Shown in pieces: positions 1 through 14,942 of a stretch of 64,000 nucleotides of DNA (positions are counted from its first letter, which is position 1; each line of letters begins with the position of its first letter). Source of the stretch: Eledone cirrhosa (taxonomy: Eukaryota); assembly GCA_964016885.1 (NCBI GenBank), contig OZ024740.1, forward strand, positions 231,384,001 to 231,448,000, read 5' to 3'. The notes beneath the pieces are model-generated. The model did not search any database. It saw only the letters and a program-made list of their open reading frames with translations, and was not told the origin of the DNA. The translations under genes were made by a program, and so were the position numbers.

Positions 1-1084
1 CCATTGCAGTTATCAATTATATTACAGAGTACCTGCCATTCCTTCATCTCAAATAGGGGTACTGTAAATTGTTCTTTTATTATTGCCTCCATCATCCTCA
101 TCATCATCACCATTTTCCTTGCATTTTTCATGTTGGCATGGGTTATATAAGTTGACATGGTTGGAGACTAGACACATCAGATAACCATATGTTCCATTTT
201 GGAATGGTTTCTATATCTGGATAATCTTCTTAATGCTAACCACTTAACAGAATGTACTGGGTGCATTTTATTGTGGCACCAACACTACCACTTTTCATAG
301 TGCCCTGGGTACATTTTATCATAGAACTAGGGGAAAGGAAGGGGGTGGGGGCTGTCATAAACCTGTCAAGACTAAAGAGTCCTCTCTACCCTATATTGTC
401 TCCTTTCAATCACCTTACATGTGATATGTTGTTCAAATCCCATTTGTACACCTGTTTTTTTTTATTCTTGTCTCTAATTGGTACATATAATATCAGATAC
501 TATGTTAAAATCTTTGTAATTAATTCCTAATACTTCGTATGTATAAACATAATATCTTCTATTTGCCTAATTATTTATTTTTAAAGATCTTTAATTATTC
601 AATGCTAACAATTAGAAACATTAAAACAATTATCTGTTTTTTTCATTTAATTTTTTACCAAAAATCTTTTATTAATGTAATCTTTTCTGGACCATTTTCA
701 TAGTCATTTACTGAACACCATATTTCTTCTTTATGATTTAAAATACTTGGGATTAAATCTTGGAAGCTAAAATCAGCATATTTTTGTCAACTAACTTAAT
801 ACCATATTGCTTTTGATAAATAAGGACAACACTATATATCATCATCATCATCATTTTATGTCCGCTTTTCCCTGCTTGCAAGGGTGGGAGGGGAACTGAT
901 TCTGGCTTGATTTCTACAGCTGGATGCCCTTCCTAACACTAACCTCATATACAGTGAGTGCTGGGTGGTTTTTTTCCATGGCGCCTACACATTCACTTTA
1001 CAGTGTGGGCTGGATGCTTTTTTTTTTGCTGTGGCACCTCCACGACCACTTTGCAGTGGAATGATAGGGACCCCAGTTCCTATC

Positions 1085-1228
1085 ATCTCATTTCTACAGC
1101 TGAGTAAACTGGAGCAGTGTGAAATAAAGTGTCTTGCTCAAGGAAACAACATCACCCAGTCTGAGAATTGAACTCACAATCTTTCGATTGTAAGGCCAAT
1201 GCTCTAACCACTAAGCCATGTGCCTCCA
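1085..1228 (-). mobile_element. SINE family B-related 5' half
   Basis: CAGCTGAGTAAACTGGAGCA..GTGAAATAAAGTGTCTTGCTCAAG...CCACTAAGCCATGTGCCTCC; similar partial copies at ~17400-17530 and ~34900-35020. Confidence 0.75.
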
Positions 1229-1273
1229 TTATATATACATATATAAAGGGTTTGATGATGATATATATATATC

Positions 1274-1965
1274 ATCACCGTCATCAACGTTTAACATTCA
1301 TTTTCCCATGCTAGCATGGATTAGACGAGTTATCTTGTGAACAATACCAGATCAGATGACCATGTCTTCTTCATACAAAACTGATTTTGGCTAGGTTTCT
1401 ACAGCTGGATGCCCTTCCTAGTTCTAACCTCATTTACAGTGAGTACATCTACACGACCACTTTACAGTGTGGGCTGGAGGCTTCACTGAATATATACTTC
1501 AGCCTGTCCTTATGGGAGATGTATGGGAGCGGCTGGGGTGGTGCATACTATATATATATATATATATATATGCTTCAGCTTCGGCCTGTGCCTGTGGGAA
1601 GTCAGGTCTTCTGTATTACTGTGTAATGGTCCCGTGTCATCACCTTTGAGAGGTGCAATTGGGCAAGGTCGGCTTTTATCACCTCATCCCAAGTCTTCCT
1701 GGGTCTCCCCACTCCGTGGCTTCTATCGACTTTGAGTGCTCTGCACCTTTTTATACAGCTGTCATCCTTCATATGTATCATGTCCATACCAACGTAATCT
1801 CCTCTGCTGCACACAGCATCTGATTCCTCTTATGTCTAGTTTCTCTCTCAGTTCATTTATGCTTTGCCATTCACATATATTACTATTACACATCCATCAG
1901 AGCATGCAAGCTTCATTTCTTTCCAATCTATGCAAGTCTTCTGCACACAGCGCCCAGGTCTCACC
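1274..1965 (-). mobile_element. Decayed 3' end of RTE LINE
   Basis: [36 protein letters not shown] homologous to the RTE C-terminus; RTE 3' UTR motif CTACAGCTGGATGCCCTTCCTA; tail. Confidence 0.85.
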
Positions 1966-1991
1966 ATTATTACCTCAAATTGCTGACCTTA

Positions 1992-2167
1992 ATCGGTAGA
2001 GGGTCGGACGCTATACTTTGCAGTGCAGTTACTTCCCTTTACGGACTGAGATCAAATCCCGTCGAGGTTAACTTTGCCTTTCATCCTTACGGGGTCGATA
2101 AAATAAAGTACCAATAATGTACTGGGTAATTGCTGGCCTTGTGCCAAAAGTAGAAACAATTATTATT
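1992..2167 (+). mobile_element. tRNA-derived SINE family A
   Basis: B-box-like GAGATCAAATCCC, central GCCTTTCATCCTTACGGGGTCGATAAAATAAAGTACC, tail GAAACAATTATT; many copies in window. Confidence 0.85.
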
Positions 2168-2685
2168 GTAAATGAGGCAAACATCTGTTAGTTTATGTTT
2201 AGATAAATATGTGAAATATCAGGAAATGACATTACCCCTTTTGATACCAACCCTCCTGAAACTTTGCTGGTTTTATTATACAAAACTGCCCATCAAAATC
2301 TTCCATCATAATTTTATTAAAAGCATTTTTGTTAAGCAATGTTCCAAACATCAGCTTACTAATGTAAAAGTTAATTATTTTATTAAATTCCTGTAATTTT
2401 TTTTATTATTTTCAAAATTAATTAAAACAAAGGTAGTGTATCTCATTAGGAATACAGTAACAATTCAGTTTAATGAGGTACAACAATTAAAACTGGATTT
2501 TAAATTGAGTTACTTTAATTTCATTTAGTTTTAGAATGACAAGACTATCTAAAAACAGTTTGTGATATATAGTTGATTAAAAAAAGAATATTGGATTTTA
2601 GAAACATGACACTGTTCCATCTCATCAATCATTGGTCTGGCGCTATATTCTGGTATGACATGTTGATTGAAGTCAACTGAATACT

Positions 2686-2991
2686 TACTCTCAGGTACAA
2701 ATAATAGGACAGTGGGGTGGAATAAGCAAGGGGTGGGGTGGAAAATCGATAATCTTTTTAGTAATCTCCCTTAATTTTTTTAAAACCCAGAATTAGTTTA
2801 CTAAATTGAGACCCCCAATCCATCCTATTTATTTTATAATGTATAAAATTTCTTGTAATGTACTTTTTTTGGTCATGTATAATGATTTTATAATGTTTAA
2901 AGAAAATTAATTATTGCAGAATTTTTGCTGGAGATAGATAAATAAAATTTAATAAGCAGGGAAGGAGACGATTATTTGCGACCCGAGAGTA
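2686..2991. mobile_element. MITE with TA ends (Tc1/mariner-type)
   Basis: TACTCTCAGGTACAAATAAT ... ATTATTTGCGACCCGAGAGTA imperfect terminal inverted repeats. Confidence 0.6.
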
Positions 2992-3832
2992 GGCAAGATT
3001 TCGATTACCAACTCAGCACCATTTCAATTATGGTGTAAATACACTTGGGAAAAGGAGTCACACCATAAGTGAAGTAAAGTTAATAATTAAATGAAGTTAA
3101 TGGCATATATTATCGCCACCATCATCATCATCACCATTTAACGTTCGTTTTCTACACTAGCATGTCCTACAGTGAGACAAGTGTCTTGCTCATACAGAAC
3201 TGTTTCTGGCTTTGTGTCTATGGTTGGATGCCCTTCCTAATGCAAACCATATTTACAGTATGGACTGGGTGCTTTGTAATGTGGCACCAAAACGACCAAC
3301 TGACAGGTTGGACTGGGTACTTTTTTCACTGTGTCACCAGCAGGACCACCCTACAGTTTTATATCCTAGAACTAAGGGAGATTTCTGGAATTTGGTATCC
3401 AAAGGGATAATGTCAATTTAATTTGCCCTCACATCACTAAAGTACCATGCAATTGCATTGACCAGTGGGTGCCTAAAGAGGAAAATAGATACTTTTGTTC
3501 ATTTATCCCATATGTTTCATTTTTTAGTGTGTGTATGCAACTTTGCTATATATATATATATATATATAATATAAAACAATTGTAACACACAATAAATTGA
3601 GTTCAGATGCATCACTGATTTTTCATTTTATATTATATCATACTCTGCTCTGTAAGAGCATAGAGTGCTCAACCGGCATACCGCCTATGGAAGCATCTTA
3701 GCTACCATCAGACACACACATATATATATATATATATCATCATCATCATCTTCGTTTAACGTCCATTTTCCACACTAGCATGGGTGAGATATATTTATAT
3801 ATATATATATTTGAAAAAAGGAAAAGAATAGA

Positions 3833-4360
3833 ATTACTTCACTTGTAGTTCTAAACAACTTAATTTTATATTACAATTTTACAATTTTGCTTTGTAAATC
3901 TAGTAAGTTCTTAGTTAACTTCGGTGGGAAGTTTTTTTAAAGATTACTGGTTAACTTTCCTGGAGAAATTTCTTACATTCATCCGTGGCGATTGTCAAAC
4001 TGATCTAAAGTTGCTTTGGGATGTGTGGCTCTATATATGAGATTTTGGTGTGTCTGGTGGGGGATGTTAATGAGGATGGAAGTGAAGGAGTATTGATGAA
4101 GATTTAAAGGAATTAAAGAATATATATACGCGAAAAAGGTGCAAGGAAATAGTGAATAGTAAAAGCAAGATGATTGATTGTTAGATGACCTTTGGTGAAT
4201 AAAATCAAATCGAAATATAATGACCAAATGCTTTTCAAATTCTTTTCTTATAACTGAATAAACTATCTTAAATTTATAAAGAAAAACTATAGACTAGATC
4301 TACAAAGCAAAATTGTAATATTATGAAAGTAAATTGTTTAGAACTACAAGTGAAGTCATT
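3833..4360. repeat. Element with ~70-bp inverted termini
   Basis: ACTTCACTTGTAGTTCTAAACAA...CAATTTTGCTTTGTAAATCTAGT (3836-3904) vs ACTAGATCTACAAAGCAAAATTG...TTGTTTAGAACTACAAGTGAAGT (4293-4356). Confidence 0.7.
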
Positions 4361-4362
4361 AT

Positions 4363-4545
4363 GGATTGGCAGTATCGGTAGAGGGTCGGACGCCATGCTT
4401 TCCAGCATAGTTACGTCCCTTTACGATCTGAGTTCAAATCCCGCCGAGGTTGACTTTGCCTTTCATCCTTACGGGGTCGATAAAATAAAGTACCAGTAAT
4501 GCACTGGGTAATTGCTGGCCTTGTGCGTAAAGTAGAAACATTATT
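4363..4545 (+). mobile_element. SINE family A
   Basis: TGGCAGTATCGG (A-box-like), GTTCAAATCC (B-box), same body. Confidence 0.87.
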
Positions 4546-4601
4546 TCCCTTTTTTCAAATATACCTAGCTGTAACATGGATTTCACACATTTTCTTATAT
4601 G

Positions 4602-4680
<79 letters not shown>

Positions 4681-4834
4681 GTAGGAGGTGAGTTTTATTG
4701 TAGTACAATAAAGCAATGCAGATATCGGATAAGAAGCACTCTACAGTTTGTAGGACTGGAGTATACATAATAGAAATGTTGATTCAAAACTGCACTATTC
4801 ACAAGTGCATTTTAACCTTCATATCATGTCTTCC

Positions 4835-4905
4835 TATTTTATCTGATGAAAACACAAATGTTATTGCATGATGATATTTGTTTTTGAAATGCGCATAATA
4901 AAATA
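4835..4905 (+). ncRNA. Type I hammerhead ribozyme motif
   Basis: Stem I TATTTTAT(4835-42)/ATAAAATA(4898-4905); core CTGATGA 4843-49; ~15-bp stem II (one mismatch, two G-U) 4850-4885; GAAA 4886-89; palindromic stem III ATGCGCAT; cleavage triplet ATA 4895-97. Confidence 0.75.
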
Positions 4906-5045
4906 CATGGAACTCTTTTAACCATCTTTTGATCTTATATATTATATATATATATATATATATAAATATATAAATATATATATATATATATAAATATATA
5001 TATAAATATATAAATATATATATATATATATAAATATATATATAA

Positions 5046-5077
<32 letters not shown>

Positions 5078-5230
5078 AACGAAGGAGGTGTGGTAAGGAA
5101 CCAGATGGACCATAACGCACCAGAGTACTCAATACGTAGGGTAGTAAAGTGGGTAATAGGAAAAAGTTTAACCCCGATGGCAGAGCTCAAGCCGTTTCAA
5201 CAGCTATTTCTGGACTAAAAAACTTTTTCC

Positions 5231-5268
<38 letters not shown>

Positions 5269-5271
5269 TAT

Positions 5272-5309
<38 letters not shown>

Positions 5310-5313
<4 letters not shown>

Positions 5314-5521
5314 TCATCATCATCTTCATCATCATCGTTTAACGTCCATCTTCCACGCTAGCATGGGTTAGACGGGAGTTGTCCCACTTGAGGCAAGGCT
5401 GGTAGGGTGACCATGTCTTGCTCATATAGGACTATCTGGTAGGTTTTCTACGGCTGGATGCCCTTCCTAACACCAACCACATTTACAGTGTGTAACTGGG
5501 AACTTTTTACCGTGTTACCTA
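5310..5521 (-). mobile_element. Very short RTE 3'-UTR insertion
   Basis: (CAT)n-CGTTTAACGTCC...GGATGCCCTTCCTAACACCAACC within (TA)n. Similar stubs at ~90-300, 841-1040, 3120-3360, 3738-3786, 24830-25121 (+), 33660-33810. Confidence 0.8.
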
Positions 5522-5671
5522 CATATATAATATATATATATATTATATATATGTAAATATATATATATATGTAAATATATATATATATATGTAAATATAT
5601 GTGTAAATATATATATATGTAAATATATATATATATGTAAATATATATATATATGTAAATATGTATATATG

Positions 5672-6906
<1,235 letters not shown>

Positions 6907-7159
6907 AAAGGTAAAATTATATATACAAAGCTCAAAGGAGAGTAGAGGAATGTATATGATAGAATATAATTGCCACGTCATTTCAGAATTAACTCTTGAT
7001 GTGTTTATATAATATATAGGTTTGAAGAGAAAGAAGTTTTTAGTGAGAAAGATTAGGAGATGCAGACATTAATACAGAGCAAATATAAACAAGCATATAG
7101 ATAGAAAAATTCTCTTTTAGATCATATGATTTAAAAGATAAAAAATTATTTTTCGATCT

Positions 7160-7803
<644 letters not shown>

Positions 7804-10520
7804 ATCATCATCATCATCATCACCGTTTTACGTCCGTTCTTCCACGCTAGCATGGGTTAGACGGGTTGTCCTGTTGTGGGCAGTGTCTGGTCGGCTGACC
7901 ATGCCTTGCTCATACAGGAACTGATCTGGCTTGATTTCTACAGCTGGATGCCCTTCCTAACACCAACCTCATTTACAGTGAGTGCTGGGTGCTTTTTCGT
8001 GGCGCCTACACGTCCACTTTACAGTGTGGGCTGGGTGCTTTTTTGCCGTGGCACCTCCACGACCACCTTGCGGTGGGGGGTGGGGGCATATTGTTTATAT
8101 GCTTCAGCATGTACCCATGGGAGGTCGGGTACCCTGTATTACTGCGTGACGCCAGAAGTCACGGTCGTGTGTCATTGACTTTGAGAGGTGTAGTTGGGTA
8201 AGGTCGGCTTTTATCACCTCATCCCAAGTCATCTTGGGTCTCCCCACTCCGCGGTTTCCATCAACTTCTAGTGCTCTGCACCTTTTTATGCAGCTGTCAT
8301 CCTTCATACGCATCACATGTCCATACCAGCGTAACCGCCTCTCCTGCACGCAGCATTTGATTCCTCTTATGCTCAGTCTCTCTCTCAATTCATTTATGCT
8401 TTGTCGTTCACGTATATTACTGTTACACATCCATCGGAGCATGCAGGCTTCGTTTCTCTCTAATCTACGTAAGTCTTCCACCTTCAGCGCCCAGGTCTCA
8501 CTACCATGCAACATCGCTGTTCGGATACACGCATCATACAGTCTGCCTTTCATTCTGAGGGAGAAGCCTTTTGCAGCTAGCAGTGGTAGTAGTTCCCTAA
8601 ACTTCTTCCATCCCGTTCTTACCCTAGTTATTGTACTTTCTGAGCACCCACCTCCGTTGCTAATTCGGTCACCTAGGTAGCAGAAGCTGTCTACTGTTTC
8701 TACAGGGCCCTCCCAGAGATTGGTGGTACTTGTTTCCTGTGGCTGTTTGCTTGCTGTTTCAGCACAGCTGCTGCATGTGAATCCTACATTCTTAATTAAG
8801 CTTCCTGAGATCCCGCTACATCTCTTGTGTACCCATTGTTTGCATTTGGGGCAAAGAATGGAGTTCCTACCTACACCTTTCCTACATACTGAGCAAGGCC
8901 ATTTCCCTGAGGGGATCTGGGTTCTGTTTTCTCGTCTACTTATAAGGACCTTAGTCTTTGTCATGTTGACTTTGAGGCCCTTTCTCTCTAGTCCCTGCTT
9001 CCAGGTTTGGAATTTATTCTCTAGTTCTACCATAGATTCAGCTATGAGTGCGAGGTCATCAGCATACAGGAGTTCCCATGGGCATCCGGTCTTAAACTCC
9101 TCCGTTATTGCCTGCAGGACTATGATGAACAGGAGAGGGCTAAGAACAGAGCCCTGGTGGACCCCAACCTGTACGCTAAATTCCTCGCTATACTCATTGC
9201 CAATCCTAACTTTGCTGACTGCTCCCCTATACATGGCTTGTACCGCTTTCACAAGCCATTCATCTACTCCTAGTTTTCTAAGAGCCCACCAGATTACTGC
9301 ACGTGGAACTCTGTCAAAGGCTTTCTCAAGGTCGACAAATGCCAAGTAGAGTGGCTTACTTTTAGCTAGGTACTTTTCCTGTAATTGCCTCACAAGGAAG
9401 AGCGCATCAGTGGTGCCTTTCCCTGGTACAAACCCAAATTGCATCTCATCTATATTCACCCGGTCCCTAATCAGCTGTGCTATAACTCTTTCTGTTACTT
9501 TCATGACCTGGTCCATCAACTTTATACCTCTATAGTTTCCTCTATCTAGTGCATCGCCTTTACCTTTGTAGCAGTTGACAATGATGCTACTGCACCAATC
9601 TTTTGGTATGGCTCCCTCTAGTATTACCTGGTTAACGATACGTGTGGTTATAGTGTGACCTACAGACCCAGATGCCTTCAGCATCTCGGCAGCTATACCC
9701 GATGGACCGGTTGCCTTCCCTATCTTCATATCTCTGATTGCCTTACTTACTACGCTGCCGCTGACTTGTACTGCTGGTCCCTCTATAGGGTCTACGTGGG
9801 GTAGGGTCTCTTCTTCCCATGCATTCTCCTCATTTAGTAATCTATCATAATGACTCTTCCATGCATCTTTCTTCTCAGCACTTGTGAGGGCAAGCTCACC
9901 TTTATCATTCCGGATACACTTCTCTCCAATGACATCACAACTATCTCTGACACACTGCCTCGCAATCTTGAATACCTCCTGTTTCTGGTCCTCACGTTGT
10001 AAAACATGCTTGAATTTTCTATCCTCTGCTTCCCTCCTAGCTAAGTATACTTGTCGCCTAGCTTCCCTCTTGGTCTCTATGTAATGTACCCTGCTCCCCC
10101 CGTTCTTCCATTCTTTCCATGCCTGTCTCTTGGCCTTGACTGCTTCATCTACCTTATTGTTCCACCACCAAGTCACTCTCCTCCTGCTTGAGGTCTTACT
10201 CCAGCCACAAACCTCATCCGTCGCCTCTAGTAAGTTATTTTTTAGGAACTCCCAGTTCTCTTCTACGTTAAATGTCTCTATCTGTTCTTCTTTACTGTCG
10301 TAGGCGTTGAGTAAAATATCTTTAAATCTGTTACTGGTTGAGGGGACTTTCAGCTTCCAGATCTTTCTTCTCCAGGTTGGCCTCTGTTTCAGGGCTCGTC
10401 TAGTTCTGACCGTGAGGTCGCTGACAACTAAGCTATGTTGGGATGTACATTCCTCACTAGGGAAGGCTTCTGTGTTTACGACCGTCCATCTGTCACGTCC
10501 TCTGATGAGGATAAAATCTA
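7804..10520 (-). mobile_element. RTE-clade LINE, 5'-truncated inside the APE endonuclease, ORF uninterrupted (young)
   Basis: Frame open from ~10520 (LDFIL...[10 protein letters not shown], end of APE) through ORF 8104-10176 with RT motifs [48 protein letters not shown]. 3' UTR ends in a (GAT)n tail at 7804-7821. Both ends abut TA microsatellite. Confidence 0.95.
8104..10520 (-). CDS. RTE ORF fragment: end of APE + reverse transcriptase with internal PHD-type finger
   Basis: 690-aa ORF in the track, extended upstream without a stop to the truncation point; C4HC3 motif at 8764-8895. Confidence 0.9.
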
Positions 10521-10523
10521 ATT

Positions 10524-10802
<279 letters not shown>

Positions 10803-11929
10803 ATATATCTTCTTTGATGGAGTGGTGGTAGCGCATTATAAGCCTTCGCCTCCTCACCAGATATTCATTGGTAGTTTTCAGTTGCCAACACTTTGAGGGC
10901 GGCTGGCTGAGAAGCTAGTTGGTCAGCCGTCCTCTCTGTATCTGATTTTTCGGACCCATGGCTTTTTACATATTCCTTTGTTATATACCTGATGATATCA
11001 CCAGATTCATATGGAACCCGGTCATTGAAATGATCATAGTATAATAAACCATTCAAGGATTTACACCAGTCCAGCCTCCTGTTATTTCATTTATATATAT
11101 ACATATATAGCTGGAAACACACACACACATATATATAAAGAGAGTGTGGTAAGTTACCAGGTGGACCATAACGCACCAGAGTACTCAGTACTTGGGGTAG
11201 TAGAGTGGGTAATATGAAAAGATTCAGGACTCTGACGGCTGAGCTCCAGCCATTTCGACAGCTAGATCTGAACTAAGCCATCAGTATAAGAATGGCGGGA
11301 ATCTAGCTGAACTTATCAAGAGGTACAGTCCATATAGGGGCATGCAGTCAAAGCAAAAAATGTGAGCAAAAAATTTTAAAAGTTTGCTGTTTTTCTTGTC
11401 TTTCACGAGGAATGGTCAGTGATCTGGGTTGTCATGTATATAATTTATTACCTTCATGGTGGCAGGGGGCTAAACAGGCCCAAATACAAGGGGGAAGGGG
11501 GAAGAAGGCGGCTGACCTGAGGAAGCAAAGCCAGTCAGGCGCACATGCACGGCATTAAGAGAGATTTTATCCAATACAACTATCTATAATCTGTAGAAAC
11601 GGTATTGTACTAAACTTCAATTCAAAGGGATAAAAAACAAACGAGAGAAAAAATATATTTTCGACATATTTAAGTCAAAGAGGGTAGCGTAGAGTATTTA
11701 TGTTAAGTTTGCCTTATCTAACACTTGGCTAAAAAGCCAAGCATTTATATTTTATTACTAATTCAGCTCCTCACAAAGAAATCTAGTCATGTTGTTACTA
11801 TTCCACTCATGTTTTCTGTTTAATTTTGGTTGGAGTTCGTTTATGTTTCTTGCTTCTGTAATTTGTCAGAGCATTGCATCTTTTCTATGTGTGGATATAA
11901 TTTTTATCTCTATGTTCTCTAGTATGCCC

Positions 11930-12912
11930 CCCATGTTCCATATACCAATGCAATCTCCTCTCTAGTATATTGCATCTGATCTCTCTTATGCTTAATTTCT
12001 CTCTTAGTTCAATTATGCTTTGCCGTTCGTGTATATTACTATTACACATCCATCAGAATATTCATGCTTCATTTCTTTCCAATCTTCTCAGGTCCTGTGT
12101 GCACAATGCACAGGTCTCACTACCATGCAACATTACTGAATGTATATATGCATCATACAGTCTTTCCTTCAATTTAAGGGAAAACCTTTTGTAGCTAACA
12201 GCAGTAGTAGCTCCCTGAATTTCTTCCATCCTGTTCTAATTCTGGCTACAGTTCTTTTGGAACATTCTTCTCCACTGCTGATTACATCATCCAAGTAATG
12301 GAAATTGTCGACTATTTCTATAGATCCATTAGGGCATTTGCAGGAGATAGTATTCTGTAGACACTTGCCATTTACTGCACTGAGCATCAGCCACATATAA
12401 AACCAATGTTCTTAGATAGCCTGCCTGTGATCCCATTACATTTTTTTTATAAACCCTCAGCTTGCATTTGGGCATAGAATGGAATTTCTACCTACTCATT
12501 TCCTGCACACTGAGCCAAGCCATTTCCCTGTGGGAATCTGGGCCCTGTTTTCCTTTCTATATACTAGGACTTTAGTCTTAGACAAGTTAACTTTAAGACT
12601 TTTTGATTCTAAGCAATGCTTCCAGGTTTGGAATTTCTTCTCTAAATCTGCCATAGACTCAGCTATGAGTATTAAATCATCTGCATACAAAAGTTCCCAT
12701 GGGCAGCCAGTCTTAAACTCTTCTGTTATAGCTTGTTGGGAAATAATAAACAGGAGAGGGCTAAAGATGGAGCCCTGATGCACACCTACCTGTATACTAA
12801 ATTCTTCACTATAGTCATTGTTAATTCTAACCTTGCTGACTGTTCCACTATACATGGCTTGTATAGCTTTCACAAGCCACTCATCTAACCCTAGTTTTCT
12901 AAGAACCCACCA
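11930..12912 (-). mobile_element. Old RTE LINE RT fragment
   Basis: WWVLRKLGLDEWLVKAIQAMY...GVHQGSIFSPLLF...LLYADDL...FHYLDD, with frameshifts. Confidence 0.88.
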
Positions 12913-13254
12913 GACACACGAAGACACAGAGACAGACAGACAGAGAGAGAAACACAAACAAATAAATAAATAAATAATCATTTCCAGTAGCTATTCTTTA
13001 GTAACAAGCCTGTAAATTGTTGTTAAAAAATAACTTACTTCTGTAATCCATTCATAAGTCCAAACATGGAAAATTATTCAATTTCTGCTAATATAAAACA
13101 AAAACAATGTAAACAATGTTTAATGAAAACATATTATTGAGTTGTATATTATCATTATTACTTTGCTATCTCAGTCATTGATTAATTGATGTTATTTTAC
13201 CAGAAATTTTACCCTAATGAACATCAAGCCGTTACCTGCAGCCTAAGATATTCA

Positions 13255-13560
13255 GAACTTATCGGAGGGTTCTTGCTGTTCCCAGTAGGCATGCCTTCTG
13301 GAGTGTTCCAAAAAAGGGAGCTGGGCTAATGTTCTTTAACCTGCCTTGGAAACTCTTTGAGATAGTACCTAGTGCTCCTATGATGATGTGGATGACCTTG
13401 ATCTCATGGCAGTTCCAAATTCTTTTCAGTTCCCACTTTAAATCCTGGTACTGGTTAATTTTCTCCTTCTCCTTTTCTTGCACTCTTATGTGAAAGGGGC
13501 AAGCTAAGAGTGCAAGATCTTTTATCCTTGTGAAAAACTACCAGGTCTGGCCTTGTGTTC
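13255..13560 (-). mobile_element. 3' end of R4/Dong-type (restriction-like endonuclease) LINE
   Basis: RPDLVV...EKEKEKINQYQDLKWELKRIW...IIIGALGTI...LQKACLLGTARTLR. Confidence 0.8.
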
Positions 13561-13592
13561 TAATTCTTCTTCTTCTTATTATTACTATCATT

Positions 13593-13803
13593 AGGGCGGT
13601 GGATTGGCAGAATACGTAGGGCGTTGGACAACATGCTTAGTGGCATAAAGTTACGGCCCTTTACGTTCTGAGTTCAAATCCGGCAGAGGTTAGCTTTTTC
13701 CTTTCACCCTTACAGGGTCGATAAAATAAAATACCAGTTAGCACTGGGGTCGATTTAATCAACTTCGCCCTCTCCTTCAAATTGCTGGCCTTGTGCCTAA
13801 AGT
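13593..13803 (+). mobile_element. SINE family A (longer variant)
   Basis: GGCGGTGGATTGGCAGAA...GAGTTCAAATCC...GGTCGATAAAATAAA. Confidence 0.83.
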
Positions 13804-14490
13804 GGTTTGTAGAAAATATCAATAAATAACTTGGGATATATATTAAATATATAAACCTTTTTCTGAGATATTCCGAGACAAATGAAAACCAAAATAACCT
13901 GTATCAAAGTGTCAGTGAGGGCCGCACATGACAACTAAATGCACACATTACTGCTATTTTTTTAAATATTATGAAGATAAACCACGCTCGCGCTGTAAAA
14001 ACCTGTGTGCAGGCTGCAGGTGTGCTTGTAAACGGCCACATGTTTGACATGCCTGATCTTATTGATGTGACTGGCATCATCATCATCGTCATCACTGTCT
14101 AGGTGATGATGATGTCATTGCCATGCTCGTTATCATCACCACTATCTGGCTGATGATGTTAATGATGGACAGATGAATAATATAACTGTCTTACATTATA
14201 CAAATGATGCTAATATAAACTCTCTCTCTCTAGTGCAATGTTCCTTCTAAGCTGCTTGGATGTATGGCTACTGTGTCACTATTAGTGCAGCACATATCAA
14301 AATATCACCCCACATATCAATATGTTTCCACACAGTTACTTTGAATTAAACATATTTTTGTTTAAAGCATCAAAATGTCTGTCCAGTGGTTTGGAAAAAT
14401 TAGGAGAAACGTTTTGCTCTGATGTTTTATCTCATATAAAATATCCAGAGGTGAAGCTTTAAAACTTATTTACTTCAATTAACTCCTTCA

Positions 14491-14687
14491 AATAATAATT
14501 GTTTCTACGTTTGGCACAAGGCCAGGAATTATACAGTGCATTACTGGTACTTTATTTTATCGACCCCGTAAGGATGAAAGGCAAAGTTAACCTCGGCGGG
14601 ATTTGAACTCAGAATGGCAAGGGCCGTATCTCTATACGCCAAAGCATGGCGTCCGACCCTCTACCGATACTGCCAATCTACCGCCTT
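14491..14687 (-). mobile_element. SINE family A
   Basis: Full-length reverse-complement copy. Confidence 0.87.
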
Positions 14688-14749
14688 CAAATAATAATGT
14701 AAAGTATTCTTTCTATCATTGTTAATAATTCGTCATCATTATTGTCATT

Positions 14750-14942
14750 GGGCGGTGGATTGGCAGTATCGGTAGAGGGACGGACGCCATGCTTTGACAC
14801 CTAGAGTTATGGCCCTTGTCATTTTGAGTTCAAATCCCGCTGAGATTAACTTTGCCTTTCATCCTTACGGGGTCGATAAAATAAAGTACCAGTAATACAC
14901 TGGGTAATTGCTGGCCTTGTGCCAAAAATAGAAACAATTATT
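14750..14942 (+). mobile_element. SINE family A
   Basis: Full-length copy, head-to-head with 14491-14687. Confidence 0.87.

Noticed and set aside
4363-4445. tRNA gene suggested by A/B boxes
   Set aside because: This is the head of a multicopy SINE followed by a non-tRNA body and tail; no full cloverleaf.
8234-9349. Plus-strand ORFs overlapping the RTE (also 6380-6664, 58867-59349, 60725-61225, 53229-53616)
   Set aside because: Antisense shadows of LINE RT ORFs.
11508-11542. CTGAGGA-AGCAAAGC flanked by GCTGAC/GTCAG
   Set aside because: Lacks the GAAA...UH half of the core.
14236-14415. Possible hAT-type MITE (AATGTTCCTTCTAA ... TTAGGAGAAACGTT)
   Set aside because: Termini are too degenerate and no TSD was identified.
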